A stretch of 64,000 nucleotides of DNA from Epithemia pelagica (Eukaryota; Protista; Bacillariophyta), in the NCBI GenBank assembly GCA_946965045.2, contig OX337234.1:3038001-3102000 (forward strand), in the 5' to 3' direction. The notes below the pieces were generated by a model. That model worked only from the letters and a program-made list of their open reading frames with translations, had not been told where the DNA came from and did not search any database. Below are positions 38,472 through 49,138 of this stretch, one piece after another. Numbering within the stretch: the stretch's first letter is position 1; every line of letters begins with the position of its first letter. Position numbers and translations under genes: made by a program.

Positions 38472-41149
38472 TTAGTCAACGTTCCTCCATTGTTTCGGCA
38501 AGACATCATCCCTCAAACCAATCGGATGTCGAAAGACTCCCTGTGATGGAATTCAAGTTGCACGACAAGGCTGGGTTAGAAAAAAATCTTGTTGTTGCAC
38601 CACATATGTTCCATGCTGGAGCCACATAAGCCACGTACCGGTAAATGTTGATCGCTGGCATAGGGTTTGACAAAGTAGCGAATACTGGATCGTGGATAAT
38701 GCACCAGCAGTCGGGGCACCTCGTGGTGGTACCACGGGAGTTCGGACCGGTCCACCAGGGGACTGGGATGGATGCGAACAACATAGGAATTTCGATGTTC
38801 CTCTTGTTTCCACAAGACGGTACAGGGCCAATGCATGCCATCGTAATGATTGGCATAGCCCTTGGTCGTGTAGTATTCGTATTGACTTCCATCGTCGGCG
38901 TACTGTTTCAAGACGTGAGCGGTGGTGGTATTGGCATGCCACTGGGGATTGGGCGTTTGGTAGACGGGATCTTGATCCAATTCCGAGGACCAATACACAC
39001 AAGCCGTCATGAGGTAGGGATGTTGGGGTTGATACAAAAAGTCGTCCTTACGACCCGTCAATTCTGCCAAAATGGGTTTGTTGGCACCCTCTTCATTGGC
39101 TTGCTTGGCCAAGACCCACTGATCCCGGGAGATGGGTGTGGTGGGTGGTGGTTTCCACCGTTGGACATGTTGGTGCCAGGCTCGTTCCCAGGCTTGTCCA
39201 TAATCGATAAAGATTTCTTCCCCCGGTTGAATGTCCCGTAAGGCATAAATTTCAAAGGACAATCCTCGCAGTTCCTTTTGGGCCAGTTCCTCCAAGGATT
39301 CCTGTCGCCATTGATCCGACGTGGGATCCCATCCACTGTAAAGTGTGTGGGTGTGGATCAAAATTCGAGAAACAAGCAGCACCAACACCCAAACAGACCA
39401 AAGGATTGACATGTGAGACTTTCTACTACCCTGTCGTTGCACATGACACGGTTGCGAAGCTTGACGCGTACGTACCTGGACCATCGATAATCGGCATTGG
39501 GTCCTTGGGGACCACATTGCTTGGTGCGTTTGCTGCAATGATTAATGAGAACGGCATTGGTGGTTGGACACAAGAGGACGGTACTGTGGGGATTGGAAAA
39601 GCAATAATTCATCAAGAGTTGGGTGCCGACTTGACGGGGTGGACCCTTCTTGTTCGATTCTGGTTTCGTGGTTTGGGTCTGGTTGGTGTGGTTGTCGTCG
39701 TCTTGGTCATCTTCGTCATCCTCTTCGTCATCGTCATTGACCGTGTCGGGATCGTACAGGGCCAAGACATCTTTATCCAGGATATGCAACAAGGGTGCCA
39801 TGGCAAGGCGGTCCCCTTTTTGAACCGCAAATTGCGCAAAGCCGCCTTGTCCGGCATGGGGCAAGGTACTGCGCTTTGCCACCAGGGTTTCCAAACACAT
39901 GCCATGCGCTCGAATCCATTCTGGAGTTCGCGGTGTCACACCCCGGGTCCGGGCCAAGTATTGGGGCAAGGTGTCGCGCGTCAAGGGTGCCGCCGCCAAC
40001 TTTTGGACGTCTTGCCGAGTTTCCGGCAAGAGTTGGTGGACCAAATAGGCCTTGACGGTATCGGTATCCTGGGTGGTTTCCAAGTCGTCATAGACGACCG
40101 TTCCCGTCGTGCGATTGTATGCAAATTCTTTGGTCGCGTGCGGTCCAATGCGACGCCACAAGAGGTCGGCCGCCGCTTCAAATTCGGCCGGCATGTAGGC
40201 CGTGTGCGTCCATCCGGGACCCTTGCCATGCTGACAATAGCCATAACTCATGAATAATTCTTCTCCGGCCTTTACGGCACGCGTCGAGACAAATTCGCGG
40301 CCCTTATTGTACGAAAAGGCGCCCGCTCCGGGCGAGGTGTAGCGGGGTGCCATGGAATCGTCGTAGGGGGCATCGTGCGGATAGCCGGGATCCAAGCTGG
40401 CCAAATCGCAATGATGATTGGGCAAATAGCCAAACCCAATTTGAAAATCGACACTGTCGATACCGGCTTCGTACGTGACATGATCGGGCACACCGCGTCC
40501 CCACCAATAGGGATTCCACAAATTAATCCAATGCGCTTTGAGTTGATATTTGGGAATGCTCGATTGGACTTGATTGTAGCCTTCCACCGGAATGGCCACG
40601 CCATCGGGTCCCCCCAAGACGGGTTCGTCCTTCCACAGTGGTTCCGTTGTGTAAATGCCATAGCCTGGATTGCCCTTGAGTGAGGAGGGTGCGATATAAA
40701 TACGACCTGTCGTCGTAGAGAGAGAGAAAGAAAGAAAATAACAACAACAACACACGTGAGAAAGACCAAAGACCCAAACCACACTAGACGACAACAGCAA
40801 AGGGATGTCCTAAAGAAGAGTGACCCATGTATGGTACACGAGACAGAAAACACGTACATTGTCGTGGTGGTTCCGGGGTGCTTTGATTGTAAAAGGCCTG
40901 GTCCTTGCGGCTGGACGACGACTTGGCTTGGTCCCAAAAAGTGGTGGTCCGCGACAAGCCCAGAGTCTTGGTGGAGGGCAAGGACAAGATATAACAATAC
41001 ATGGACAGGGCCAAAATGGCCACCAGCATGGCAAAATTGCGATGTTTCTTGGTGCCGCCCGTGGGCTTGTTCATTATCATTATTTTGGTGTTGTGCTTGG
41101 TTCTCGGAGTGGGTACCATTCTCATGTGCTGCTGAGAGGCAACCGTCAT
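38472..41149 (-). CDS. Signal-anchored double SET-domain protein, paralog A, 4 exons
   Basis: Exons 41149-40858, 40706-39476, 39335-38639, 38540-38472 with GT-AG introns. SET motifs YIAPSS..GYGIY, PNHH, GEELFMSYG; second SET domain STLPHAGQGGFA, LINHCS, GEEIFIDYG; end DQHLP/GVFRHPIG. The start ATG is the least certain part. Confidence 0.85.
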
Positions 41150-42750
41150 GTTCGTCGTCGTTGTCGTCGTCTGGGTGTGGTTCTTGTGGTCGTTCTCCTG
41201 GAACAACCAAAGGGCCGAGCAAAACTATGTGGAACAAGAAGAAGAAGAAGAAGATTGTGCTTTTGCAGTTGCTCAGGTCTTTTTCAATTTTGTAGTAGTA
41301 GTCACGTTTGGTTCCTTCCAAAGAACGGATATCATAGACCACACCATGAATGACAAGAAAGAGAGAAAGAGAGAGAGCCAATGGATTGCCATCCAAAGAT
41401 GCCGCCACACGAATGGTTTGTAGTTCGGGTTGGTCTCGTTCGGCAAGGGCTTGGTATTCCGTTGGTATGCCCTCTCGAGGTGCCAAAGTGGCGGGGAGAG
41501 TGGCTCCTCCGACGTTCGAGAAAATTCGTGAGACACAATGAGCGAAACGGGAATCGCTCTCTACACTAGCTAAATCAGATTTTCAATGAAGCACGTGCGA
41601 TTCTCTTTCCACACAAGATTGGAATTGGATCACTTTTCTACGATATAGGGGTATCCAATGGATGGGGATTGGGGATAGCAAATATAAGCCCATAGCTACT
41701 CGCCTTTTTCTCCTCATAGAGATACCTTGGCCCAAGACGACACAAACTGCTATACTCCTACTCCTAAGACTGAAAAACAGGTGCTTTCTTGTTGGCTGTA
41801 GTAGTATTTCCCAAAATTAGTACTACCTGTAGAACGGAACAAGAAAGAAACGGAGGTGCGTTGTCCAAACTCCGCACCTCTCTATCGAAGTGGAAGCGGA
41901 AGCGGCACAGCTTTCCTCTTTCCTCCTTCCAGCTCGACCATGAATGGAAAATGGAAGGATTCGTGTCTATAGGATGGTCGTTCCACAGGTCTCTATAAAG
42001 AAGTCTAAACGACAAAAACCCCACTTCTTTGGGTGTTGGGCAGGGATGGTGTCGCTTTTCTCCTTCGAAGCGAAATAATGGGGAAATGGATCGAATCGAA
42101 CGAATATTGGTACCGTGCGTTGTTGCGGTGTGAACCTTTCCCCTCTATTTAGAGCTTGTACGGCCACGGTTCTTCCATCCCTGACCATGAAGCAAATAAT
42201 ATTGTTCTCAACTCCCTCCACACTCCGTTTCGTAGTAATAGTATTCTGCGTTGTAAAGGTGGGTGAGAACATGGAGTAGGCTGCAATCTGCAATCATGGT
42301 CGATGGATGGTCGACCTAGATATATCCATACCTACTACAGCTCGAGCTCGATTCTCGATGCTCCCATACAATAGAGATACTATCTAGCATGATACATGAT
42401 ACTGATATTTTGTCTTGCTTTTTTTCTGCTTTTCATATTGCGAGGGTTAGGCTTTGGGGGCCATTTGTCCCCAGCACGCCAGATCGACCCCCCAACACGC
42501 CCGTCCTTCCAATTTGTTGCGCTCCGTCATTCAACGGTTCGTCTCTCACAAATTTGCCTTCTTGGACCAGCATGTCAATGAGATATGAGATCTTTGGTGG
42601 TTGCTTCTATTATACCCTTATCATCCATCTGTGTGTGTTCCTTGTTGTTGTTGTGTGTACTTCCAAGGACACCAGAGGTTTCTATTGCGACAGCACGACC
42701 GATTCTTACGGGAGAACCATTGTTGAGTAATCCATCTTTGTCGTCCACAA

Positions 42751-45376
42751 ATGTCGTTGCTGCCTCACTCTCGCAATGGCCGCATGATCTTGGCCATTCT
42801 CGCCGTGGCTCTGTATTCCTATTACATTTCCTTGCCCACCTCCATTCTTCGACAACCATCCTCTCGCAGTCCGTTTCGTGCCGCCTCCTCCACGTCTTCC
42901 TTTTATTATTACAACGACCAGGCACTCACCAACCAATCCACCCAACGACAGTGTACGTATTCTTCATCTCGACAAGGGCATGGGTTGTTCCTCGACAGCG
43001 ACATGTCTAACGATCCCTTCTCTGTCGTTCGGATGATTTGTTTCAGGTCGCATTTACGTTGCACCCTCTTCACTCAAGGGCAATCCTGGCTATGGCATTT
43101 ACACGACGGAACCGCTGTGGAAGGGCGAACCCGTCTTGGGGGGACCCGATGGCGTCGCCATTCCCGTCGAAGCCTACCGTCAACGCCAGGGTCCCAAAGC
43201 CGCCTGGAAATCGCACTGGATCCACTTGTGGGATCCCTATTGGTGGGGACGGGGCGTCCCGGATCATGTCGCCTACGAGGCCGGATCCGGTGATGTGGTG
43301 GATTTTCAAATTGGCTTTGGTTATTTGCCCAATCATCATTGCGATTTGGCGAGCTTGGATCCAGGATATCCCCAAGATGCCCCCTACGACGATTCCATGG
43401 CACCTCGATACACGTCGCCCGGCGCTGGGGCCTTTTCGTACAATCGGGGACGGGAATTTGTGTCGACTCGTACCGTGCAACCGGGGGAAGAATTGTTCAT
43501 GAGTTATGGGTATTGCGACCATGATGACGCGAGTGGTCCCGGATGGACGCAAACGGCCTACATGCCGGCCGAGTTTCAAGTGGCGGCCAACCTCTTGTGG
43601 CGTCGCATTGGTCCGCAGGCCACCCAACCGTTTGACCTGGACGAAACGACGGACACCATTCGGTACGACGCCCGTGAAATTCAAGGGATTGTTACCGAGA
43701 CGACGAATGAAACCGTCAAGGTCGAGTTGGTTCTACAGCTCTTGCCCGAAACCCCGCAAGACGTCCAAAAATTAGCGGCCGCACCCTTGACCCGTGACAC
43801 CTTGCCGCAGTATTTGGCCCGTACCCGGGGTGTTACACCGCGGACTCCGGAATGGATTCGAAAACATGGCATGTGCTTGGAAACCCTGGTGGCCCAGCGC
43901 AGTACACTGCCGCATGCCGGACAAGGCGGCTTTGCGCAATTTGAAATATCGAAAGGCAACATGATTGCCATGGCACCCTTGTTGCATATCCTGGACAAGG
44001 ATGTCTTGGCCATTTACAAAGACAATGACGACGACGACGACAAGAATGACAAGGACGCAACTCCCCAACCAGTCGGAACCCAACTCTTGATGAATTATTG
44101 CTTTTCCAATCCACACAGTACAGTACTCTTGTGTCCGACGACCAATGCCGTTCTCATTAACCATTGCAGCAAACGAACCAAGCAATGTGGTCCCCAAGGA
44201 CCCAATGCCGATTATCGATGGTCCAGGTATGTGTGCTTGTGGTGGGCGTTTTTCGGAATAGGTTCTTTGAGTGCCTCTGACATGTCTGATTCCGGATTTG
44301 TTGGTCTTTGATGGTAATTCTCGCGTCCCTTGTTTTTTGTATTGTATTTTCCTGGGTTGGTTGTGGTCGTCCATTTGAAATGAAAACAGTGGTTGGGATC
44401 CCACATCCGAAGCCTGGCGCCAGGAATCGCTCGAGGAACTCGCCGCCAAGCGCTATCGGGGATTATCGTTTGAGATTTATGCCCTCCGAGACATTGAACC
44501 AGGCGAAGAAATTTTTATGGACTATGGCGAGGCTTGGGAACGAGCGTGGCAAGACCATGTGCAACACTGGACGCCTCCTCCTTCTTCTTCCACGTCCGTA
44601 TGGATATCGGCGGCCGAGGCCAATGCCAAGGGGGGACCCATTTTGCCGCAACTTGTGGTGACTACCCAGAGTTTGACCGCCAACAATCACACGGTTCAGG
44701 TGGATACTGCCATTCAGGACGACTATCTCATGACCGGTTGTGTGTATTGGGTCACGGAAATGGATTTCGATCCACTCTATCAAGACACCAAAGCCTGGGA
44801 GGCCTCCTCATCCTTGACCATGGAACAAATCTTGAAACAGTACGCCGACGACGGTGAAGAATTTCAATACACGAATCCGCAAAAGGGATATACACAACAC
44901 GAAGATGGATTGCATTGGCCCTGTACCGTCTTGTGGCAGGAACAAGAGGAGGAGGATGGTGAACTCTTGGATACCTATGTCGTTCAACTGCATCCCAGTC
45001 CTGCGGTATCCGAGGAGGATCTCCCCTGGGCCAAACATCACATTCCACGTCTCTTGATGAATTATCCGCGATCCAGTGTTCGATACTTTGTCAAACCCTA
45101 TGCGAGCGATCAACATTTACCGGTACGTCATGAAAAACAATAGGTCCAGCTGACACAAGAAGCTGTCTATGAAATGGGGAACTTGTTGTGGACCTGGTCT
45201 TATACTTGACTTGTTGTATTTCTTTGGGTTGATTGTTTCTGAATTCTTTTCTTCCGTGGTGCAAATCGTATTATTCCTTTCCTGTTGGGACGATGGATTC
45301 GAAATAGGGTGTATTTCGGCATCCTATTGGTATGCGCGACGATATCTTTCCCAATCAATGGAAAAACATTAAGTAA
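42751..45376 (+). CDS. Signal-anchored double SET-domain protein, paralog B, 4 exons
   Basis: Exons 42751-42952, 43047-44226, 44390-45122, 45308-45376. Intron positions, phases and motifs are the same as paralog A; hydrophobic anchor MILAILAVALYSYYISL. Confidence 0.87.
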
Positions 45377-46841
45377 CATGATGTGTTCTACTAGACTACA
45401 TACGGATATGCATATCAGACGTTCAACGGGATTACAACGCACACATTCACACCGACATAATCCCCGGCCCCAACGGGGGGCCGACACAGTTTAAACGCCC
45501 CACTACTGTGCCAACTCACCGCTTAGGAGTCCCATCCATAGCCTTTCGTGATGACTTCGGATTTTCATGAGATTGAGATGGGTTTTCATGAGAAACCGAT
45601 ACATCGACCACCACTGGTCACCACAACAACCTTTAATCTGTCTTTCTTATTCAGTTACTCGCTACTAGCACAACCTTTGCTCTAAACGAAAGATCATGAA
45701 TGATATGCTACCTGAATCCGTCACCATGAGCACCAGCCGGAGCACAGACGTTGGGACTGATGATGCAGGAGTATCTGATGGCAACCTACCGAGCTCTATT
45801 CAGACGCCAGAGCTCCAAGCAGCTTTCGACAAACTTCATCAAACATTCAACCCAGCAAATGTGCCCCTGACAGTTGACAGTTCTTTGTGGCAGGAGATCA
45901 GGTCCACTTACGCCTTATCATTGGAAGAATGTTGCGCGCTCCAGAATTACGCTTGTTCCCCTCGACCTCGTGGTACCTTGCCACGCATCGAGGGCGGAGC
46001 TGTCTACCGGGTCTCTGAAGAACGTGTCCGCGCCAAGTTGACCATCTCCAATGTAAGAGGTTTTCGTCATCGGTATGTAATGGAGGCAGAGTTGTTGGTA
46101 GACTCTGGAGCAAACACGGAACTGAAACTTCCTGCACGCATGGTTCGACAACTCGGCCTTGAAACCCGTGGCAGTCTTCATTGCCGTGGCTCCACGAATG
46201 ATGTTAGAACCGTGTTGATATTCTCTCCTGTCTTTGTCCAAGTCACGTTCATCCGAGGCGGTGTCCAGGAGAAAATTGAGGCCGATCTGAGTGTCCAATG
46301 TGACCAACTCGAGTATGAGGCGGAGGCTAGCTCTCAACCTGGACCAGCGGAAAATGGGGGTGGAGACACGTTGGACACACCACAAGCGCCTCAACCGACT
46401 ATAACAGGTGCAACCCCTGGCAACAATGCTGAGACCAGCCGTATCCCAGTGGTAGATCTCTCTTACCACGAACCGGGCACACGATGCTCCATACCAACAA
46501 GCTGTCATTGGAATCCATGGAATGAAGAAACTTCGGTTGCATCCCAACAGTGAACGCCAGCAGTTGGAAATTAAAAAAGATGAAGTGATGGATGAATATT
46601 GATCGAAAGTTGATGACAGATTATTTTCTGACGACAAAAGAGTTTGAAACTCCCTAAAGACAAGCCAGTTGGTTCCATGATGTGTATTGTCCAACTGCAA
46701 CTCACAGATTAGTCTGTTTAATGCTAGACTGCCAGGGGCATCCTATTGGTATGCGTGACGATATCTTTCCCAATCAATGGAAAAACATTGAGTAACATGT
46801 GTGTTCTACATTTTAGAATATATGCATACCAGGCGGTTAAC
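45318..46841 (+). repeat. Dispersed direct repeat of about 105 bp (45318-45427 and 46737-46841), a copy of the SET-B last exon and 3' UTR
   Basis: GGCATCCTATTGGTATGCG(C/T)GACGATATCTTTCCCAATCAATGGAAAAACATT(A/G)AGTAACATG..TGTGTTCTAC...TATGCATA occurs twice in the same orientation. Confidence 0.92.
45696..46602 (+). CDS. Clan AA (retropepsin-like, AF_0612-type) aspartic protease; apparently frameshifted near 46460
   Basis: LLVDSGAN catalytic motif, LKLPARMVRQLGL. The expected C-terminal hydrophobic-Gly segment QAVIGIHGMKKLRLHPN...LEI is in the +1 frame and stops at 46600-46602; the computed ORF stops at 46553. Confidence 0.72.
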
Positions 46842-47143
46842 CTGTCACTCGGTCGGGGGATGAGAAGAGGCTGTGGCATTCCTGGCACACCGCAATCGAG
46901 TCTGAAGCAACGAAGGACGCATTAGGGGGGCACTACCATGTACCAACAGAAGCACAGTACAGCAAAGGCCACCTTGTCATTTCGCATAGTATACCGAACT
47001 CTAGCATAGGCGTAGAACCTTGGTGTGTTGGCCGTGCAGACTCTGTCAATGGACAACATCTCGCATATGGTTTTGTGGTTTGTAATGTGTGTCTTTGTTG
47101 GCTGTTGTTCTTATTGCTTCATCGGTCCAGCAGTACCTGTTCT

Positions 47144-48439
47144 TCATTGGGCTGTCGTAGGTTGTGCTGCTGGTTGCGACGTCACTCCCTGTACTCCAAA
47201 GGGCAAAGCAGTGGGATGAATCCATTGATTGCAAATCCACTTTTCTCCCGCATGGACAGGCAATCCAGCATGCCGCAGACGAAGATCGGCATGCAAAAAC
47301 ATGTCGGGCGTATAGGAGTACGATGACGACGAGGAGGAATCGGGCAAGGCGGGTTTTTCCACGGTATTCCAAAAAAAGAGGGCCGAACCCGCTTGGGCCT
47401 CGACGCAAAGGCCTTCTTTTTTTTCGTCGTCGTTGTCGTTTCCAGTGCCGGCAATTCCGGGAAACCATGTTGCTCCACCCACGGTCGGAGCTTGTAAATA
47501 GACCAGACAGGTGGCCAATCGTCCTCGACAGGTCAAGTCATTAAAGGAATTTTGATGATCGGTATGCAATTGAAATTCTTGTCCTGGTTCATACCGACAG
47601 ACTTGCAAATTTTCCAAACAGGCCGGTGGCAAACCGCTCACCCGCGAGACTTGTTCCGCCAAGGCTTGGAGGAGAACACGTTGTCGTGGTTGTTGTTGTT
47701 GGTGTGTGTTGGACTTCTGTCTTGTGGACGACATGGTTTGGTCTTGGTCCAGTGTGTCATCGTCCTTTTTGGCCGGTTCTTCTTGTTCTTGTTTCAACCA
47801 CACGGTGGAACTGGTGCGGGACGAGGATTGAGTGAGTTTGGCACCCGTGGTGGATCGACTCAAGAGGAATTGACCGTCGACGGGGTCTCGTGCTTCTTGT
47901 GCCGTTTGAATCAACTCTTGACAGGCCTGCAAGGGGACCAGGTCGTGAATTTGAATCAAGGGCGGTTCGACCGACAGCACGTGAATTCGTTGTTTCCACC
48001 GAGCCACGCTGCTCATTTCGTCCTGATTGCTGTCCCGAATCGTCGTCGTAGCCGTAAAGTCATTACTCTCATTATCATCATGATCATAATCACAATAATA
48101 ATTGTCTTCGGTATGGGCCAAGCAAGTGGCGCAAAAGTGTCGAATGTCGTCGGCCGATACGGCCGGTGTATGCCAAAAGTCGTGCAAGGGATGACAGGAC
48201 GGATCCGGCGTCGTAGGGGTAGTCGTAGTAGTTGTCGGTTCGGTGGTGGTGGTGGTGGTTGCCTCGTTGGTGGTTGTCGCAGTCGCAACGGTGGCCTCGA
48301 GACGACGGGTCGAACCGGCAGTGGTTCGCCCCCGAGTCTCGCTGGTCGGCAAGACGACGACAAAGGAAGAAGTGGGCGTCACCACCATCATCATCCGGAC
48401 GACACTGGCGAGAAGCCAAACAACAACACGAGGAACCAT
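47144..48439 (-). CDS. Prolyl 4-hydroxylase-like 2OG-Fe(II) dioxygenase, possibly plastid-targeted
   Basis: LENLQVCRYEPGQEFQLHTDH, RLATCLVYL...GGATWFP, HAGLPVHAGEKWICNQWI. The N-terminus looks like a signal peptide ending TSS|F plus a transit peptide. First plausible ATG at 48439. Confidence 0.88.
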   Translation of the reverse strand: MVPRVVVWLLASVVRMMMVVTPTSSFVVVLPTSETRGRTTAGSTRRLEATVATATTTNEATTTTTTEPTTTTTTPTTPDPSCHPLHDFWHTPAVSADDIRHFCATCLAHTEDNYYCDYDHDDNESNDFTATTTIRDSNQDEMSSVARWKQRIHVLSVEPPLIQIHDLVPLQACQELIQTAQEARDPVDGQFLLSRSTTGAKLTQSSSRTSSTVWLKQEQEEPAKKDDDTLDQDQTMSSTRQKSNTHQQQQPRQRVLLQALAEQVSRVSGLPPACLENLQVCRYEPGQEFQLHTDHQNSFNDLTCRGRLATCLVYLQAPTVGGATWFPGIAGTGNDNDDEKKEGLCVEAQAGSALFFWNTVEKPALPDSSSSSSYSYTPDMFLHADLRLRHAGLPVHAGEKWICNQWIHPTALPFGVQGVTSQPAAQPTTAQ

Positions 48440-49138
48440 GGTGAGATGATGGACCGAAACGAAACGAGAGGTTGTTGTGAAGGAGGGACTGTCTGTCTTG
48501 AGTACAAGTAGTAGAACCAAAGGTAAGGAGCACAAGGGGCTTGATTGACAAGACCCAAATGCTACAAAGAGAGAACGAGAGCGAGAGAGAGAGAGAGAAG
48601 AAACGAGACGATTTTGACTTGCGTGTTTTATGTTACGAATGGCACTGTCTACCAACTACCTACCAACCTAATACCACACAAACCAAGAACGTTGCTTTTT
48701 GTTCCTACGTGGTATCTTTCCATGATGGCAGATGGTTCTCTTGCGGATGGTGGTGGCACTTTGTTCTCTCGTCGACTCGTCGACACTCCCGACACGAAAC
48801 CACGTTGCATGTGGTTTGCCAAACTCGTGACGAGGCTCGTTTTGGTAGACGCAAAAAGAACCACCGCCTTTGGAGTTCGGAAGCTCTTGCCCCACCATGA
48901 CAGACGGTGCGTACGTATGTGGTGGGGCACGTCGACGACGGAAGTTCCCCAGAAAATCTCACAACTTGTACCGAGTACCGAGTGAGAGAAAACGGTATGC
49001 AAAATAATGTTTTAGTGCTCTATGGAAATAATTTTCGTTCATCGGTCGTTGGAGCTGGACCTATCCAGTTGCAAATCAGGGTTGTTTGACGTGCACAAAG
49101 ATGAAAGAAAGATAAAGACTCAAGAATATCGCATGAGG

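Noticed and set aside
41764-42293. Two overlapping minus-strand ORFs between the SET genes as a frameshifted gene
   Set aside because: Protein-like in places, but no recognisable motif or clear start; cannot be supported without a search.
38472-45376. SET pair as histone methyltransferases forming an epigenetic cluster with the DNMTs
   Set aside because: Both have signal anchors and the secretory double-SET architecture, with no pre-/post-SET or chromatin-reader domains.
45465-45483. GC hairpin CGGCCCC-AACGG-GGGGCCG as a Helitron 3' end or terminator
   Set aside because: No CTRR terminus follows, and rho-independent terminators do not apply to this nuclear DNA.
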